A stretch of DNA of 64,000 bases from an uncultured Acidobacteriaceae bacterium (GCA_963828115.1 CAWHDN010000022.1:5592-69591), one strand, 5' to 3'. Numbered from the stretch's first letter, positions 1 to 12,911 are shown. Notes: generated by a model from the letters alone, not told the origin. Translations and numbers: made by a program.

Positions 1-218
1 GTGTGGCCCGCAATCTCATCCAGCGCCTCGCGCGCGCGTTCCAGAAATGACCGTTTCTCCAGTAGGTCGGCCGGAGGGTATCCGCAGACGCAGAGTTCGG
101 GAAATACCGCCAGCTCCGCGCCAGCCTCCCCGGCGCGCGCCGCGAAGTCGAGAACCAGCCGCGCGTTTCCGGCAAAGTCCCCGACGGTCGGGTTGATCTG
201 TGCAAGAGCAATCTTCAT
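1..218 (-). CDS. nadE: Glutamine-dependent NAD+ synthetase, N-terminal nitrilase/glutaminase domain (runs off window start)
   Basis: Manual minus-strand translation from ATG at 218: MKIALAQINPTVGDFAGNARLVLDFAARAGEAGAELAVFPELCVCGYPPADLLEK. The QINPTVGD and FPELxxxGYPPxDL motifs are typical. Not in the ORF track because it is truncated. Confidence 0.85.
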   Translation of the reverse strand, partial: MKIALAQINPTVGDFAGNARLVLDFAARAGEAGAELAVFPELCVCGYPPADLLEKRSFLERAREALDEIAGH

Positions 219-230
219 AAGGCAGTTGTG

Positions 231-325
231 AGTGGTCAGTTGTAAGTGGGATGCAATACATGCGACTGCCAGCAGTTATTAGTTTACTCATAACTGACCA
301 CTGACCACTGTTAGCTGTCCACTGA
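231..325. repeat. Heptamer short tandem repeats arranged as an inverted pair
   Basis: agtggtcagtt near 231 is the reverse complement of aactgaccact near 292; tandem ctgacca/ctgacca/ctgttag/ctgtcca units follow. Confidence 0.6.
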
Positions 326-327
326 CT

Positions 328-1839
328 TTATGTGCCGGTGCCGCTCAGGACGACGCCGACGGTGCGCACCAGGATCTTCAGGTCGAGAAACAGGCTCCAG
401 TTCTCGACGTACGCGGTGTCCAGTGAGATGTAGCTGTCGAACGAGGGGTCCTGCCGCGCCTCAACCTGCCACAGGCCGGTCATTCCGGGCAACACCTCAA
501 GCCGCCGCAGGTGTGACAGGTCGTACTGCTCCACCTCGGAGCCCACCGGCGGCCGCGGGCCCACCAGGCTCATCTCGCTGCGCAGCACGTTGTAGAACTG
601 CGGCAGTTCGTCCAGCGAATACTTGCGCAGAAAGCGCCCGACACGCGTGATGCGGGGATCGTCGGCGATCTTGAAGAGGATGCCGTCGCGCTCGTTCTTG
701 TGGACCAGCTCTCCCTGTAGCTTGTCCGCTCCGACGCACATGGTACGGAACTTGTAGCAGGTGAAGGTTCGCCCCTTGCGTCCAATCCGTTGCGCGCGGT
801 AGAAGATGGGCCCCTTGGAATCGAGCCTGATGGCGCCCATCAAAAGTAGCATAAACGGCCAGCCCAGCAGCATGGCGAAGGCGGCGCCCATCACGTCGAA
901 CGCGCGCTTAAGCAGGTAGGCTCCCACGGGAAGGGCGCGCCGATGCAGCGGAATGGTGGGAAACTGTCCAATGTACTCCACCGGCGCGGCCCATGCCAGG
1001 CCGTCGTAGAGGTCGGGCACAACGCGCACGTCGATGCCGTACCCGCGCGCCTCTTCCACAATGCCGATCACCAGTTGTTTCTCCGCGGGCTCAGAGAAGA
1101 ATATCTCGTCGACAAATAGCGAGCGGGCCAGCGAAAGGCAGTTGCGCACGTCGCCGATCACGTCCGCATCGCCGGATTCAGCCTCCTGCCCGCTGAGCGA
1201 AACAAAACCCTTAAAGCGGAACCCGAGGTGGCGCAGGCTCTCCAGATGGTTGCGTAGCGCGTGGGCGACGCGGCCCGAGCCGACGATCAGTACATTGCGT
1301 GTCTCCAGACCCTCGCGATAGCGCCGGTATACCATCGAGCGCCATATGGCGCGCCGTATACAAAGAAGAACCGTAGTGAAGATCACCGTCAGCACGACAA
1401 CGATCCGCGAGACCACCACGGCGCGCGCCAAATACAGCGAGCCGCACAGCAGAAGCCCGGAGGTCAGCGACGCCTGCACCGCCAGACGCTGCTCGTGCAG
1501 GCCGCTGCGTTCCAAAATGGGTTCGTACAGTCCGTAGGATCGCGCGATCACAATAAGCAGCACACCATACCATCCGATAAAACCAAGCATGTACCCCGAC
1601 GCAACATGCAGCAGGTATGCAGGCTGCCAGATGATATGCATCCCGCCGGGCACTGTGTCGCGAACACGCAGTGCAACCAGCATGGCGATCGCCACGGTCG
1701 CAAAGTCGAGCACAGCCCAGATCAGGCTGTTGACCGAGGGACGATGAAACGCCCCTGCGCGCACTGATGAACTTCCATCAGTCTCTGTCCAACTCCGTCC
1801 TGGAAGAACTGCCTGGTTCAAATAATCAGGTGTTGCCAT
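328..1839 (-). CDS. Exopolysaccharide polyprenyl glycosylphosphotransferase (WcaJ/WbaP-like priming sugar transferase)
   Basis: N-terminal TM helices, CoA-binding-like middle (VLIVGSG), C-terminal Bac_transf motifs KFRTM, DPRITRVGRFLRKYSLDELPQ, MSLVGPRP. Start set at the ATG of MATPDY. Confidence 0.9.
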   Translation of the reverse strand: MATPDYLNQAVLPGRSWTETDGSSSVRAGAFHRPSVNSLIWAVLDFATVAIAMLVALRVRDTVPGGMHIIWQPAYLLHVASGYMLGFIGWYGVLLIVIARSYGLYEPILERSGLHEQRLAVQASLTSGLLLCGSLYLARAVVVSRIVVVLTVIFTTVLLCIRRAIWRSMVYRRYREGLETRNVLIVGSGRVAHALRNHLESLRHLGFRFKGFVSLSGQEAESGDADVIGDVRNCLSLARSLFVDEIFFSEPAEKQLVIGIVEEARGYGIDVRVVPDLYDGLAWAAPVEYIGQFPTIPLHRRALPVGAYLLKRAFDVMGAAFAMLLGWPFMLLLMGAIRLDSKGPIFYRAQRIGRKGRTFTCYKFRTMCVGADKLQGELVHKNERDGILFKIADDPRITRVGRFLRKYSLDELPQFYNVLRSEMSLVGPRPPVGSEVEQYDLSHLRRLEVLPGMTGLWQVEARQDPSFDSYISLDTAYVENWSLFLDLKILVRTVGVVLSGTGT

Positions 1840-2114
1840 AGCCAATTGCCTCTCACCCCAACGACGCTCAACTTCGCGCGTCAGAAGCATCCCATGCCAA
1901 TAGGCCCAACTCAGCTTACAAAATGCTAATGTTCACCCTACTCTCTGGGTAGGACATTTTTAAACACAAATCTATGTCCTATCTTGCTACATCGGAGTAA
2001 TACGCCAAGGCCCCCGCGCATCATCCTTATTCTTCTCATCATACTGAAAACAAAAAGAGAAATCAACCGCAATTGCATCAATTTCCGGTAAACCATGGCT
2101 CGGAAGTTGTATCC

Positions 2115-3080
2115 CTATACGGGCAGAACAAGCTCGTCTAGAGTTAGAAATTCCTTAAGTACGGGGTCGTCGCTTCTATCCATCTCTTCCACCGTGCCGA
2201 AGAAGCGCGCCTTCCCTTGATGGAGAAAGACAATCCGGTCGGCCAGCTTGCTCGCAAAGCGCATGTCATGGGTCACCACGATGCTGGTCAAATGCAGTTG
2301 TGTCTTGAGGCGTTCAATCAACTCGCCCAGCAGATGCCCCATCAGCGGGTCCACCATCGTGGTCGGTTCGTCATATAGGATGGCCTCGGGCTGGCTGGCC
2401 AGCGCGCGCGCAATGGCCACCGAGCGCTTCATCCCGGTCGAGAGATCGCTCGGCAGCATCTCCTCCATCCCCGCCACGCCAACCATCTCCAGCATCCCAC
2501 GCACAATCTGCTGAATTTGCTCCTCGGCCATGTCGCCCCGCTCGCGCAGCGGGAACGCCACATTCTCCCCCACACTGATCGAATCGAACAGTGCTCCGTT
2601 CTGAAAGACCATGGTCACCTTGCGCCGTACCGCCTGCAGCTCGCGTTCACTGAAGTGCGAGATGTCCTCGCCAGCCACCAGAACGCGCCCCGTGTCCGGC
2701 TTCAGGAAGCCCATCAGGATCTTCAACGCAACAGACTTCCCCACGCCGGAGCGTCCCAGAATGCACAGCGTCTCGCCGGGCAGAACGGAGAAGCTCACGT
2801 CGTCCAGCACCACCAGCTCATCAAAAGAAATGGAGACATGATCGAACGCAATGTACGGCCCAGGATGGTTGCGCCGCTCCGGCACGGCCTCGCCAGCCGC
2901 CACATTCTGCTGCGCGGCCACGGCCATGAACTCCTGCACCGTCTCCTGCGCCTCGGCAGCTTCCTCGGCGTTCAGCCCTTCCTGCTCGCTCGGCTCCGCC
3001 TCCGCGGGCGCGCCTTCCCGCGGTTGATTGCCTCCGCCCGCTGCGCCGCGTTCGTCCAGCTTTGATTCCGGCTCTTCCAT
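2115..3080 (-). CDS. ABC transporter ATP-binding protein, MlaF/Mkl family
   Basis: Walker A GRSGVGKS, FQNGALFDS, LSTGMKRSVAIARAL, LYDEPT, VTHD; acidic N-terminal extension. Confidence 0.85.
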   Translation of the reverse strand: MEEPESKLDERGAAGGGNQPREGAPAEAEPSEQEGLNAEEAAEAQETVQEFMAVAAQQNVAAGEAVPERRNHPGPYIAFDHVSISFDELVVLDDVSFSVLPGETLCILGRSGVGKSVALKILMGFLKPDTGRVLVAGEDISHFSERELQAVRRKVTMVFQNGALFDSISVGENVAFPLRERGDMAEEQIQQIVRGMLEMVGVAGMEEMLPSDLSTGMKRSVAIARALASQPEAILYDEPTTMVDPLMGHLLGELIERLKTQLHLTSIVVTHDMRFASKLADRIVFLHQGKARFFGTVEEMDRSDDPVLKEFLTLDELVLPV

Positions 3081-3439
3081 AAGCCTCTCTATGATGCACC
3101 ATTCGGGGAAGCAATCCTGCACAATCGTCCTTGCCACAATACTAACTAAGTGCGCAGTAACGACTCCATTACCCCAGCATGAGTCCCTGCTGTAAATGGT
3201 ATGACTTTAAAAAGCTCTCTCAGAATTCGTGTAGAGATAAATGAATTGCCATCCCGCCCCTGAGATTGCCGAAGGGGAGTAATCCCCGTATTTCGCTCAA
3301 TGTGTTAAGAAATATGGGTCACGGGCAGAAAGTGGGGTAAGGCTTCGGCCCCGCCTCTTTTCTTTGCATCGGCAACTCCTTGCATCTGACTCATCCATTG
3401 ATGCATCTCATCGCGGCTTGATAGTACGCTTAGGTACGG

Positions 3440-4693
3440 ATGCGATTTGAACTCTTCATTGCGACGCGGTATCTGCGGGCCAAGCGGCGACAGGCCGTGG
3501 TCGGCGTCATCACCGCGATCTCCGTCATCGGAGTCGCCGCGGGCGTGGCATCGCTCATCATTGCGCTGGCCATCACCAACGGAATGCGCCGCGACCTGCA
3601 GCATCGCCTCGTCGGTTCCACTGCGCACGTCCTGCTGATGCGCGTCTCCGGCGACGGCATCCGCGACTGGCGTCCTCTGCTCTCGCGCCTGCGCGCTCTG
3701 CCTCACGTCACCGCCGCCGCTCCCGGCCTCTACGAAGAAGTCCTCATCTCGCGCAACGCCAAGAGCGCCGGCGCGCTCATCGACGGCATCGTCCCAGCCG
3801 ACCAGCGCACCGTCTCCGACCTCCTGCAATCCATCCAGCAAGGCAGCGCGGAGCCGCTAAATCCGCAGCCCGCCGCCAGCGACGCAGCGGCCGCGCAATC
3901 CGTCCCTCCCATCGTCATCGGCCAGGACCTCGCCCAGACCATCGGTGCCGAAGTCGGCGACACCATCCTCGTCACCAGTCCGCAGGGAGAGCTTACCCCG
4001 CTCGGCCTCGTCCCCAAGTACCAGCGCTACACGGTCGCCGGTGTCTTCAACTCCGGCTTCTACCAGTACGATTCCAGCTACGCCTTCATCCGACTCGCCG
4101 ACGCGCAGCGTCTCTTCTCCGAGCCCGACCTCATCTCCGCCATCAGCTTCAAGGTGGACGACATGTACCGCGCCGGCTCCATCGCCCGCCAGATCGAGTC
4201 CGCCGCCGGTCCCGGCTACGAATCCACCAACTGGATGGAGCAGAACCGAGAACTCTTCCGCGCCCTCCGCCTCGAGCAGATCGTCACCTTCATCATCCTC
4301 GCGCTCATCGTCTGCGTCGCCGCGCTCAACATCCTCATCGCCCTCACCATGATGGTGATGGAGAAAACCCGCGACATCGCCGTCCTGATGAGCTTCGGCG
4401 TCCGCGTCGATCAGGTCCGCCGCATCTTCCTCCTGCAGGGCCTTCTCATCTCGCTGATCGGCACCGCGCTCGGCCTCGTCCTCGGCTTCGGCCTCAGTTG
4501 GCTGGGCGGCCACTATCGCTTCATCCACCTCGACGCCTCGGTCTACTCCATCGACTACCTGCCCTTTGCCCCGCGCCTCATCGACGCGCTCATCGTCGCC
4601 GCCGTCTCCCTCGGCGTCAGCCTCCTCGCCACCCTCTACCCCAGCAGCAGCGCCGCCAAAGTCCTCCCCGCCGAGGCCCTGCGCTATGAGTGA
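3440..4693 (+). CDS. Lipoprotein-releasing ABC transporter permease (LolC/LolE family)
   Basis: MRFELFIATRYLRAKR N-terminus, MacB/FtsX layout, C-terminal [16 protein letters not shown]. Confidence 0.9.
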   Translation: MRFELFIATRYLRAKRRQAVVGVITAISVIGVAAGVASLIIALAITNGMRRDLQHRLVGSTAHVLLMRVSGDGIRDWRPLLSRLRALPHVTAAAPGLYEEVLISRNAKSAGALIDGIVPADQRTVSDLLQSIQQGSAEPLNPQPAASDAAAAQSVPPIVIGQDLAQTIGAEVGDTILVTSPQGELTPLGLVPKYQRYTVAGVFNSGFYQYDSSYAFIRLADAQRLFSEPDLISAISFKVDDMYRAGSIARQIESAAGPGYESTNWMEQNRELFRALRLEQIVTFIILALIVCVAALNILIALTMMVMEKTRDIAVLMSFGVRVDQVRRIFLLQGLLISLIGTALGLVLGFGLSWLGGHYRFIHLDASVYSIDYLPFAPRLIDALIVAAVSLGVSLLATLYPSSSAAKVLPAEALRYE

Positions 4694-5508
4694 CCTCTCC
4701 GTTCAAAAGGTCGATCCGCTCGCCACGCACAGTGCGCCAGCCCTTCTACGCGCAGTCGGCCTGACCAAAATCTATCCGGCAATAGCCTCTGCCAGCGAGA
4801 ACACTAGCTCGTCCGGCGAAGTCGTTCTCTTCCGCAACCTCGACTTCTCCATCGCATCCGGCGAGATGGTCGCCATCGTCGGCGAGAGCGGCACCGGCAA
4901 GAGTTCCTTGCTCCATCTCCTCGCCGCGCTCGACCGCCCCACGGCGGGCGAGGTCTGGCTCGCCGACACTAATCTCAGCCAGCTCAACCCGCGCCAATCC
5001 GCCGAGTTCCGCAACCGCGACGTGGGCTACGTCTGGCAGTTTCACTATCTCCTGCCGGAGTTCACCGCGCTGGAGAACGTCGCTATGCCTCTTCTTGCTC
5101 GCGGCCTCCGTCGCCCCGAAGCTCTTCAGCAAGCCAGCCTCTGGCTCAACGAGGTCGGCCTCGCCGCTCGCGCCGAGCCATCGCTCCGGCGAACTCAGCG
5201 GCGGAGAGCAGCAGCGCGTCAGCCTCGCCCGCGCCCTCGTCACCGGCCCCCGGCTTCTCCTCGCCGACGAACCAACCGGCGACCTCGACGGCAAAACCGC
5301 CGAGGCCGTCTTCTCCCTGATCCAAAAGCTGCACCGCGAGCATCGACTCACCAGCGTCCTCGTCACCCACAATCTCGACTTCGCCGCGCGTTGCGGCCGC
5401 GTCCTCCGCCTGCGCGATGGCCATCTGCAACAGCTTCCCCCTGCTAGCTGCGCCCGCCCATCTTCGCTTCACGGAGTTTGGTGCCAACGCTACATCTCGT
5501 GCATCTAA
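4686..5508 (+). CDS. lolD: Lipoprotein-releasing ABC ATP-binding protein; apparent +1 frameshift near 5177
   Basis: GESGTGKS and [15 protein letters not shown] lie in one frame, [21 protein letters not shown] in the next. Removing one C in gagCCatcgc rejoins them as [11 protein letters not shown]. Confidence 0.8.
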
Positions 5509-5734
5509 ACGGCAGGCAGCAAAAGGTGGTACGTTAATCAGAACTTTCGAGTGATTACGCATCTTTTGCGTAACGGCTACACTGGTAGGTATGGGATGGG
5601 AGTTCCTTATCTGGATTCGTCCAGTCGGGGGCGTCCTGTAAGGTCTTCGCAAGCACGAGGCGCGGAGGCAGGTTCGATCAATGGCGCTGCATCTGGCCTG
5701 CGGGCGGGTGCGGAGGTCGGCTTGAAGGGGAAAT

Positions 5735-8221
<2,487 letters not shown>

Positions 8222-8243
8222 CGTTGGTAATTAGCTTTTTGTT

Positions 8244-8325
8244 TGTCATTCTGAGCGCAGCGAAGAATCCCCGTATTTGCCGAATGCCCCATCCCTCGCG
8301 AACCATGCGACAAATGGGGCATTCC
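8244..8325 (+). repeat. REP-like palindrome family A (TGTCATTCTGAGCGCAGCGAAGAATCCCCG[CT]ATTT) followed by a degenerate family B copy
   Basis: Near-identical family A copies at 9954, 31378, 43389, 47730 and 52769. Confidence 0.85.
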
Positions 8326-8382
8326 CGCGTAGCGCCTCCAATGCCAACCCCGCTACAAATCTGCTATCGTTTCTGCGACCTC

Positions 8383-9879
8383 ATGCGCGCCCAATCCCTC
8401 ACTCTCTCGCTCGCCCTCCTGCTCTCGCCGGCACTCGCCCAATCCCCCGCGCCTCAGCCCGCACAGCCCGCTACGCCGCAACCCGCCGCACTCCCCGCCG
8501 GCCCCCCTTCTGCCGCGCAAGACCACCAGCACATGATGGACCTACTCCACATCACCGCGCTGCGTCCCGGCGTCGCGCAGAACGGCGCTGGCCCCAATCC
8601 CGTCAACTGGGACGAATCCAAGTCCAATCCCTGGCCCAACCTGCCCAACCCGCTCCTGCTGAACAACGGCAAGCCCGTTACCTCCGCCAAAGTCTGGACC
8701 ACCAAGCGCCGCCCCGAGCTGGTCGAACTCTTCGACCGTGAGGTCCTTGGCCGCGTTCCCGCCAACGTCCCCGCCGTCCGCTGGGAGGTCATCTCCACCA
8801 CACCCGGCTCCGAGAATGGAATCCCCACCGTCACCAAGCGCCTCGTCGGCCACGTCGACAACTCCGCCTACCCGGCCCTCACCGTCGACATCATGGCCGA
8901 CCTCATCCTTCCCGCCGCCGCGCGCGGCCCCGTCCCCGTCGTCGTCGAAATCTCCTTCGACCGTCCGCTCGGCTCTCCGCCCCTGCCGCCGCGCCCCGCT
9001 CGCCCCACTCCGCCCGCCGCAGCCTCCGCGTCTGCACCTGCACGAAGCGGCAGCAGCGCCGCCCCCGCCGGCCCCTCACCCAAGCAGCAGACCCTCGCCA
9101 AGGGCTGGGGCTTCGCGCTCTTCTACCCCACCAGCTTCCAGGCAGACAACGGCGGCGGCCTCACCCAGGGAATCATCGGCCTCTGCAATCACGGCCAGTT
9201 CCGCAAGCCCGACGACTGGGGCGCTCTCCGCGCCTGGGCCTGGGGCTCCTCGCGCCTGATGGACTACCTTCAGACCGACCCCGCAGTCGACGCGCACCAC
9301 ATCGCCGTCGAGGGCCACTCGCGCTTCGGCAAGACCGCCCTGGTCGCCATGGCCTACGAACCGCGCTTCACCGTCGCCTACATCAACTCATCCGGCGCGG
9401 GCGGCGCATCCCTCGCCCGCCGCCGCTTCGGCGAGCAGCTTGAAAACATCGCCGCCGGTGGCGAGGCCCACTGGATGGCCGGCAACTACATCCGCTACGC
9501 CGAGCTCTCGCCCACCCTCGTCACCCCCGCAGACATGCCCGTCGACATGCACGAGCTCATCGCCCTCTGCGCCCCCCGCCCCGTCTTCATCGGCGGTGGC
9601 ACCCTCGATGGCGGAGACGGCTGGGCCGACGTCCGAGGCACCTACATCGCCGAGTTCGCCGCAGGCCCCATCTACAAGCTCCTCGGCAAAAAGCCCCTCT
9701 CCGACGACTCCGGCCCCATCGGAAGTTCCCCCGTCGCAGGCGCTTCCTTCCCCGCGGTCGGCACCGCGCTCGTCGCCGGCGACCTCGCCTTCCGCCAGCA
9801 CCCCTACGGCCACAACCCCCAGCCCAACTTCGCCACCTTCCTCACCTTCGCCACCCGCTACATGACCCCCACCAAATAA
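8383..9879 (+). CDS. Secreted CE15-family (glucuronoyl esterase / acetylxylan esterase-like) alpha/beta hydrolase
   Basis: Signal peptide MRAQSLTLSLALLLSPALA; DWGALRAWAWG, nucleophile motif GHSRFGK, SSGAGG, HELIALCAPRP. The upstream part of the 6667..9879 ORF is a clpC shadow. Confidence 0.85.
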   Translation: MRAQSLTLSLALLLSPALAQSPAPQPAQPATPQPAALPAGPPSAAQDHQHMMDLLHITALRPGVAQNGAGPNPVNWDESKSNPWPNLPNPLLLNNGKPVTSAKVWTTKRRPELVELFDREVLGRVPANVPAVRWEVISTTPGSENGIPTVTKRLVGHVDNSAYPALTVDIMADLILPAAARGPVPVVVEISFDRPLGSPPLPPRPARPTPPAAASASAPARSGSSAAPAGPSPKQQTLAKGWGFALFYPTSFQADNGGGLTQGIIGLCNHGQFRKPDDWGALRAWAWGSSRLMDYLQTDPAVDAHHIAVEGHSRFGKTALVAMAYEPRFTVAYINSSGAGGASLARRRFGEQLENIAAGGEAHWMAGNYIRYAELSPTLVTPADMPVDMHELIALCAPRPVFIGGGTLDGGDGWADVRGTYIAEFAAGPIYKLLGKKPLSDDSGPIGSSPVAGASFPAVGTALVAGDLAFRQHPYGHNPQPNFATFLTFATRYMTPTK

Positions 9880-9925
9880 CTGCACCCCGGTTACTGAAGC
9901 ATCTTCAGAAGTGTTGTAGTCAAAA

Positions 9926-10034
9926 ATGAATTGTCATTCTTGGATGAATGAATTGTCATTCTGAGCGCAGCGAAGAATCCCCGCATTTCTTCGGCTGCCC
10001 CATCCATTCAACGTCCTTTGTGGAATGGATGGGA
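9926..10034 (+). repeat. REP cluster: partial A, full A and a B-type hairpin between convergent genes
   Basis: atgaattgtcattct twice, family A at 9954-9988, then gctgcccccatccattc...gaatggatggga. Confidence 0.8.
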
Positions 10035-10056
10035 CTCAACTTCAACCTTCCGCCGC

Positions 10057-12063
10057 CTACTGCACCCCAATCTCGTACACCTCAATCGAGTACCCCGGCA
10101 CCGTCCGCGTAAACGTCTTCGCCACACCCGTCACCGTACTCTCCACCGGCACAACCCGCTTCGGATCGTTGATCGTGTTCGTCGCCGCGGTCGATCCCGC
10201 GCTCAGCCGCACCAGCTTCGCCGTCGCCTTCACCGACTTCGCGCCGTCCAGTGTAATCTTCAGCTTCTGCGCCGCCGACGAGGCATTCACCAGCTTCAGA
10301 TAAACAATCCCCTTCGCCGCGTCCTTCGTCACGGAATAGAACAGCCGGTCGCCCGCGCCCTCCAGCTCCGCCGCCACAATCTCCGTCCCAATGTGGCTCG
10401 CAAACATCGCCTGCGCGTAGTAGCTCGGGCTGCCGTAGCTCGTCAGCGCGTCGTACCCAATCAAATTCGACTGCCACTGCATCCCGTTCGGGTTCACATT
10501 CACCAGCAGTGGCGCATAGCTTGCAATCGCGATCAGGTCGCTGTTCCGCTCCATTCCTGTCATCCACGCCGCGTCGCCCAGCGCCGCGCCAAAGTTCGTC
10601 GTCGGCATTCCCTCGCGCGTCGCCCACTCCCCGACAAAGATCTTCGGCCCCGTGCGCGGCGCATTGTCATAGTGATGCACGTCCTTGAAGAACTCCTCCG
10701 CCCGCTTGTAATAGTGGTCGTCCTGCACGTCCGGCGTCATCCCTGTCACCTTCGTCGTGGCAATGATCTGCAGCGAGGGATACTGCTTCTTGATCGCGTT
10801 ATAGAACTGCGCGTAGCGCGTGTTATAGCTTCCCGAACGGTCGCCAAAGTCCTCATTCCCAATCTCCACATACGTCAGCGGAAACGCCGCCGCGTGTCCA
10901 TCCTTCGCCCGCTCCGCGCCCCAATTGGTTGTAACGTCCCCCGTTACATACTCAATCTCATCCAGCGCATCCTGCACATACGGCTCCAGGTCTGACCCCG
11001 GTGTCACATGCTCTCCGCCCAGCGAGTAGCCCGCATACACCGCCAGCACCGGCTGCATCTTCAGGTCCTCGCACCACTCCAGAAACTCCAGCAGCCCCAT
11101 CCCGTCGGTCGAGTGGTATCGCCACGGGCTCGCATGTCCCGGCCTGTCTACCAGCGGCCCAATCGTCTTCTTCCAGTTGAAGCGGTCGGCAATCGTCTGC
11201 CCCTCCAGATAATTTCCGCCAGGAAAGCGCAGGAACGCCGGATGCATTCCAGCCAGCAGCTCCATCAGGTCCACGCGATTCCCGTTCGCGCGCCCCTTGT
11301 ACGTCGGCGGAAACACCGAGACCTGCTGTAGCCACACCGTTCCCGGATGCTCCACGCTCACCACAATCGAGTTGTCCGCCGAGGCCTTCACCCCGGCGCC
11401 CGTCCTCATACTGAAGCTCAACTGCTTCCAATCGCCCGAGACCGCCGACAGCACAGTGCTCGCCAGCACAGTGCGCGTCTCGTTCGCAACCAGGCTCACC
11501 CGCAGGCCCGCTGCCGCGTCGCCCTTCGCCCACACCGATCCTGTATACGTCGTATTCGCCCGCACCGGAACGCCCCACCACCCGCCATTACGCAGCCCAT
11601 AGGCGTTCGCCGCATTGGCCTCTTCCACCGTCACCTTCAAGCTCGTAGGCAACGCCACGCTCGGCCCCGTCGTTTTGTCCATCGCCACGGAACCGCGAGC
11701 CGAACCGTAAGGCGTGACGATCCACTCATTGATCCCGGACCAGTCCGAACGGAACGTCCGATTCTGCACCAGCTCCCCATACAGCCCGCCCTCGTACGAG
11801 TAGTTGATCTCCTCCGTCATCAACCCATACAGCGTCGGGCTCACCTTCGCCACCGCATTCCCCGTATCGATCGTCAACACCGCCGCCTGCGCTTTCGCAA
11901 CCGCAGCGTCCTTCACACCCACCTGCGCAACAGCTTTCGCCGCAGTCGTCTTCGTCTGTAGACCCGCAGCCTTCGCCTGACTTCCCGCCGCCTGCGCGAC
12001 CGCCATCGCGCTCATCCCCACCACCGCACCCATCACCGCCGCAAACTTCACCGTTCGATTCAT
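10057..12063 (-). CDS. Secreted alpha-L-arabinofuranosidase, GH51
   Basis: Signal peptide; EEINYSYEGGLYGELVQNR, FLRFPGGNY, VEIGNE (acid/base), IFVGEW (nucleophile), ASYAPL. Confidence 0.92.
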   Translation of the reverse strand: MNRTVKFAAVMGAVVGMSAMAVAQAAGSQAKAAGLQTKTTAAKAVAQVGVKDAAVAKAQAAVLTIDTGNAVAKVSPTLYGLMTEEINYSYEGGLYGELVQNRTFRSDWSGINEWIVTPYGSARGSVAMDKTTGPSVALPTSLKVTVEEANAANAYGLRNGGWWGVPVRANTTYTGSVWAKGDAAAGLRVSLVANETRTVLASTVLSAVSGDWKQLSFSMRTGAGVKASADNSIVVSVEHPGTVWLQQVSVFPPTYKGRANGNRVDLMELLAGMHPAFLRFPGGNYLEGQTIADRFNWKKTIGPLVDRPGHASPWRYHSTDGMGLLEFLEWCEDLKMQPVLAVYAGYSLGGEHVTPGSDLEPYVQDALDEIEYVTGDVTTNWGAERAKDGHAAAFPLTYVEIGNEDFGDRSGSYNTRYAQFYNAIKKQYPSLQIIATTKVTGMTPDVQDDHYYKRAEEFFKDVHHYDNAPRTGPKIFVGEWATREGMPTTNFGAALGDAAWMTGMERNSDLIAIASYAPLLVNVNPNGMQWQSNLIGYDALTSYGSPSYYAQAMFASHIGTEIVAAELEGAGDRLFYSVTKDAAKGIVYLKLVNASSAAQKLKITLDGAKSVKATAKLVRLSAGSTAATNTINDPKRVVPVESTVTGVAKTFTRTVPGYSIEVYEIGVQ

Positions 12064-12158
12064 GCTCGTTTCCCCTCGTCGAAAACGATACATCAACCCG
12101 CCATAATCCGTCGCTGCCAAACCACACCATGCCCCGTTTCAAAGGCCGCAGAATCCTG

Positions 12159-12187
12159 TTGCAAAGTGTATCGTTACGCATTACGAT
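12159..12187 (+). promoter_or_regulatory. Sigma70-type promoter of higBA with overlapping palindromic operator
   Basis: TTGCAA-17 nt-TACGAT; inverted repeat ATCGT(12170-74)/ACGAT(12183-87); GTG start 6 nt after the -10 box (leaderless). Confidence 0.65.
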
Positions 12188-12193
12188 CAGAAA

Positions 12194-12472
12194 GTGATCC
12201 GTACCTTCAAGCACGCCGGATTGGAGAAGTTCTTCCAAACAGGGTCGAAAGCTGGCATTCAACCGATCCACGCTCACAAGCTGAAAGAACAACTTCTGCT
12301 GCTCAATATCGTCACTAAGCCGGATGATATGAACACACCAGGCTGGAACCTTCACCCGCTTCATGGGGAACTCGCAGGCCACTGGTCGGTAAAGGTGAAT
12401 GGCAACTGGCGGATGACCTTCCGATTCGAGGGAAAGGACGCAATCCTCGTGGACTACAGGGACTATCACTAA
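12194..12472 (+). CDS. higB: Type II toxin, HigB (RelE/ParE superfamily, plasmid-killer type)
   Basis: MIRTFKHAGLEKFF...LHPLHGELAGHWSVKVNGNWRMTFRF...VDYRDYH; toxin-first gene order. Confidence 0.9.
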   Translation: MIRTFKHAGLEKFFQTGSKAGIQPIHAHKLKEQLLLLNIVTKPDDMNTPGWNLHPLHGELAGHWSVKVNGNWRMTFRFEGKDAILVDYRDYH

Positions 12473-12518
12473 TACGAGATCAATGTACGCAAGTTCATTG
12501 CGCACAAGGAGACAAATC

Positions 12519-12803
12519 ATGGAGATGTACGACCCACCACATCCCGGAGGAATTCTCAAGGAAGCGCTTGAGAACGTCCCCACCACCATAACCGCGTTCG
12601 CGGCGTATCTTGGCGTTTCGCGCGTCAACCTTTCGCGTGTGCTCAACTGTCGAGCCGGAATCACCCCCGAGATGTCCATTCGTATCGGTCAAGCCTTCGG
12701 CCAGTCCTCCGACATCTGGTTCAAGATGCAGAACGCCTACGACTTCTGGCAGGCCTCCCAACTCAAGCGCAAAAAAATCAAACCCCTCAAGATCGCCGCC
12801 TAG
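12519..12803 (+). CDS. higA: Antitoxin HigA (Xre HTH)
   Basis: PPHPGGIL, ITPEMSIRI, WFKMQNAYD; RBS aaggag. Confidence 0.9.
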   Translation: MEMYDPPHPGGILKEALENVPTTITAFAAYLGVSRVNLSRVLNCRAGITPEMSIRIGQAFGQSSDIWFKMQNAYDFWQASQLKRKKIKPLKIAA

Positions 12804-12851
12804 CCGGGTTCCGGGCCCCATCCATCGCTGCCTCATCGCGATGGATGGGAT
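12804..12851 (+). repeat. REP-like palindrome family B (GGGTGCCCCATCC...GGRTGGG variant)
   Basis: ccgggccccatccatcgc tgcctcat cgcgatggatgggat directly after the higA stop. Confidence 0.75.
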
Positions 12852-12911
12852 GTGCAACCGTCGCGAACCGCCTTTCTCAGCGATCCACTATGCGAAACTA
12901 ATCCCACCGGC

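Noticed and set aside
3332-3365. Hairpin with T-tract upstream of lolCE as a riboswitch or attenuator
   Set aside because: No recognisable aptamer or leader peptide; it sits beside a degenerate family A repeat.
5170-5185. Programmed frameshifting or true pseudogenes in lolD, pdxT, hemA and others
   Set aside because: No slippery heptamers or consistent direction; single-base changes in short runs across unrelated genes fit consensus error.
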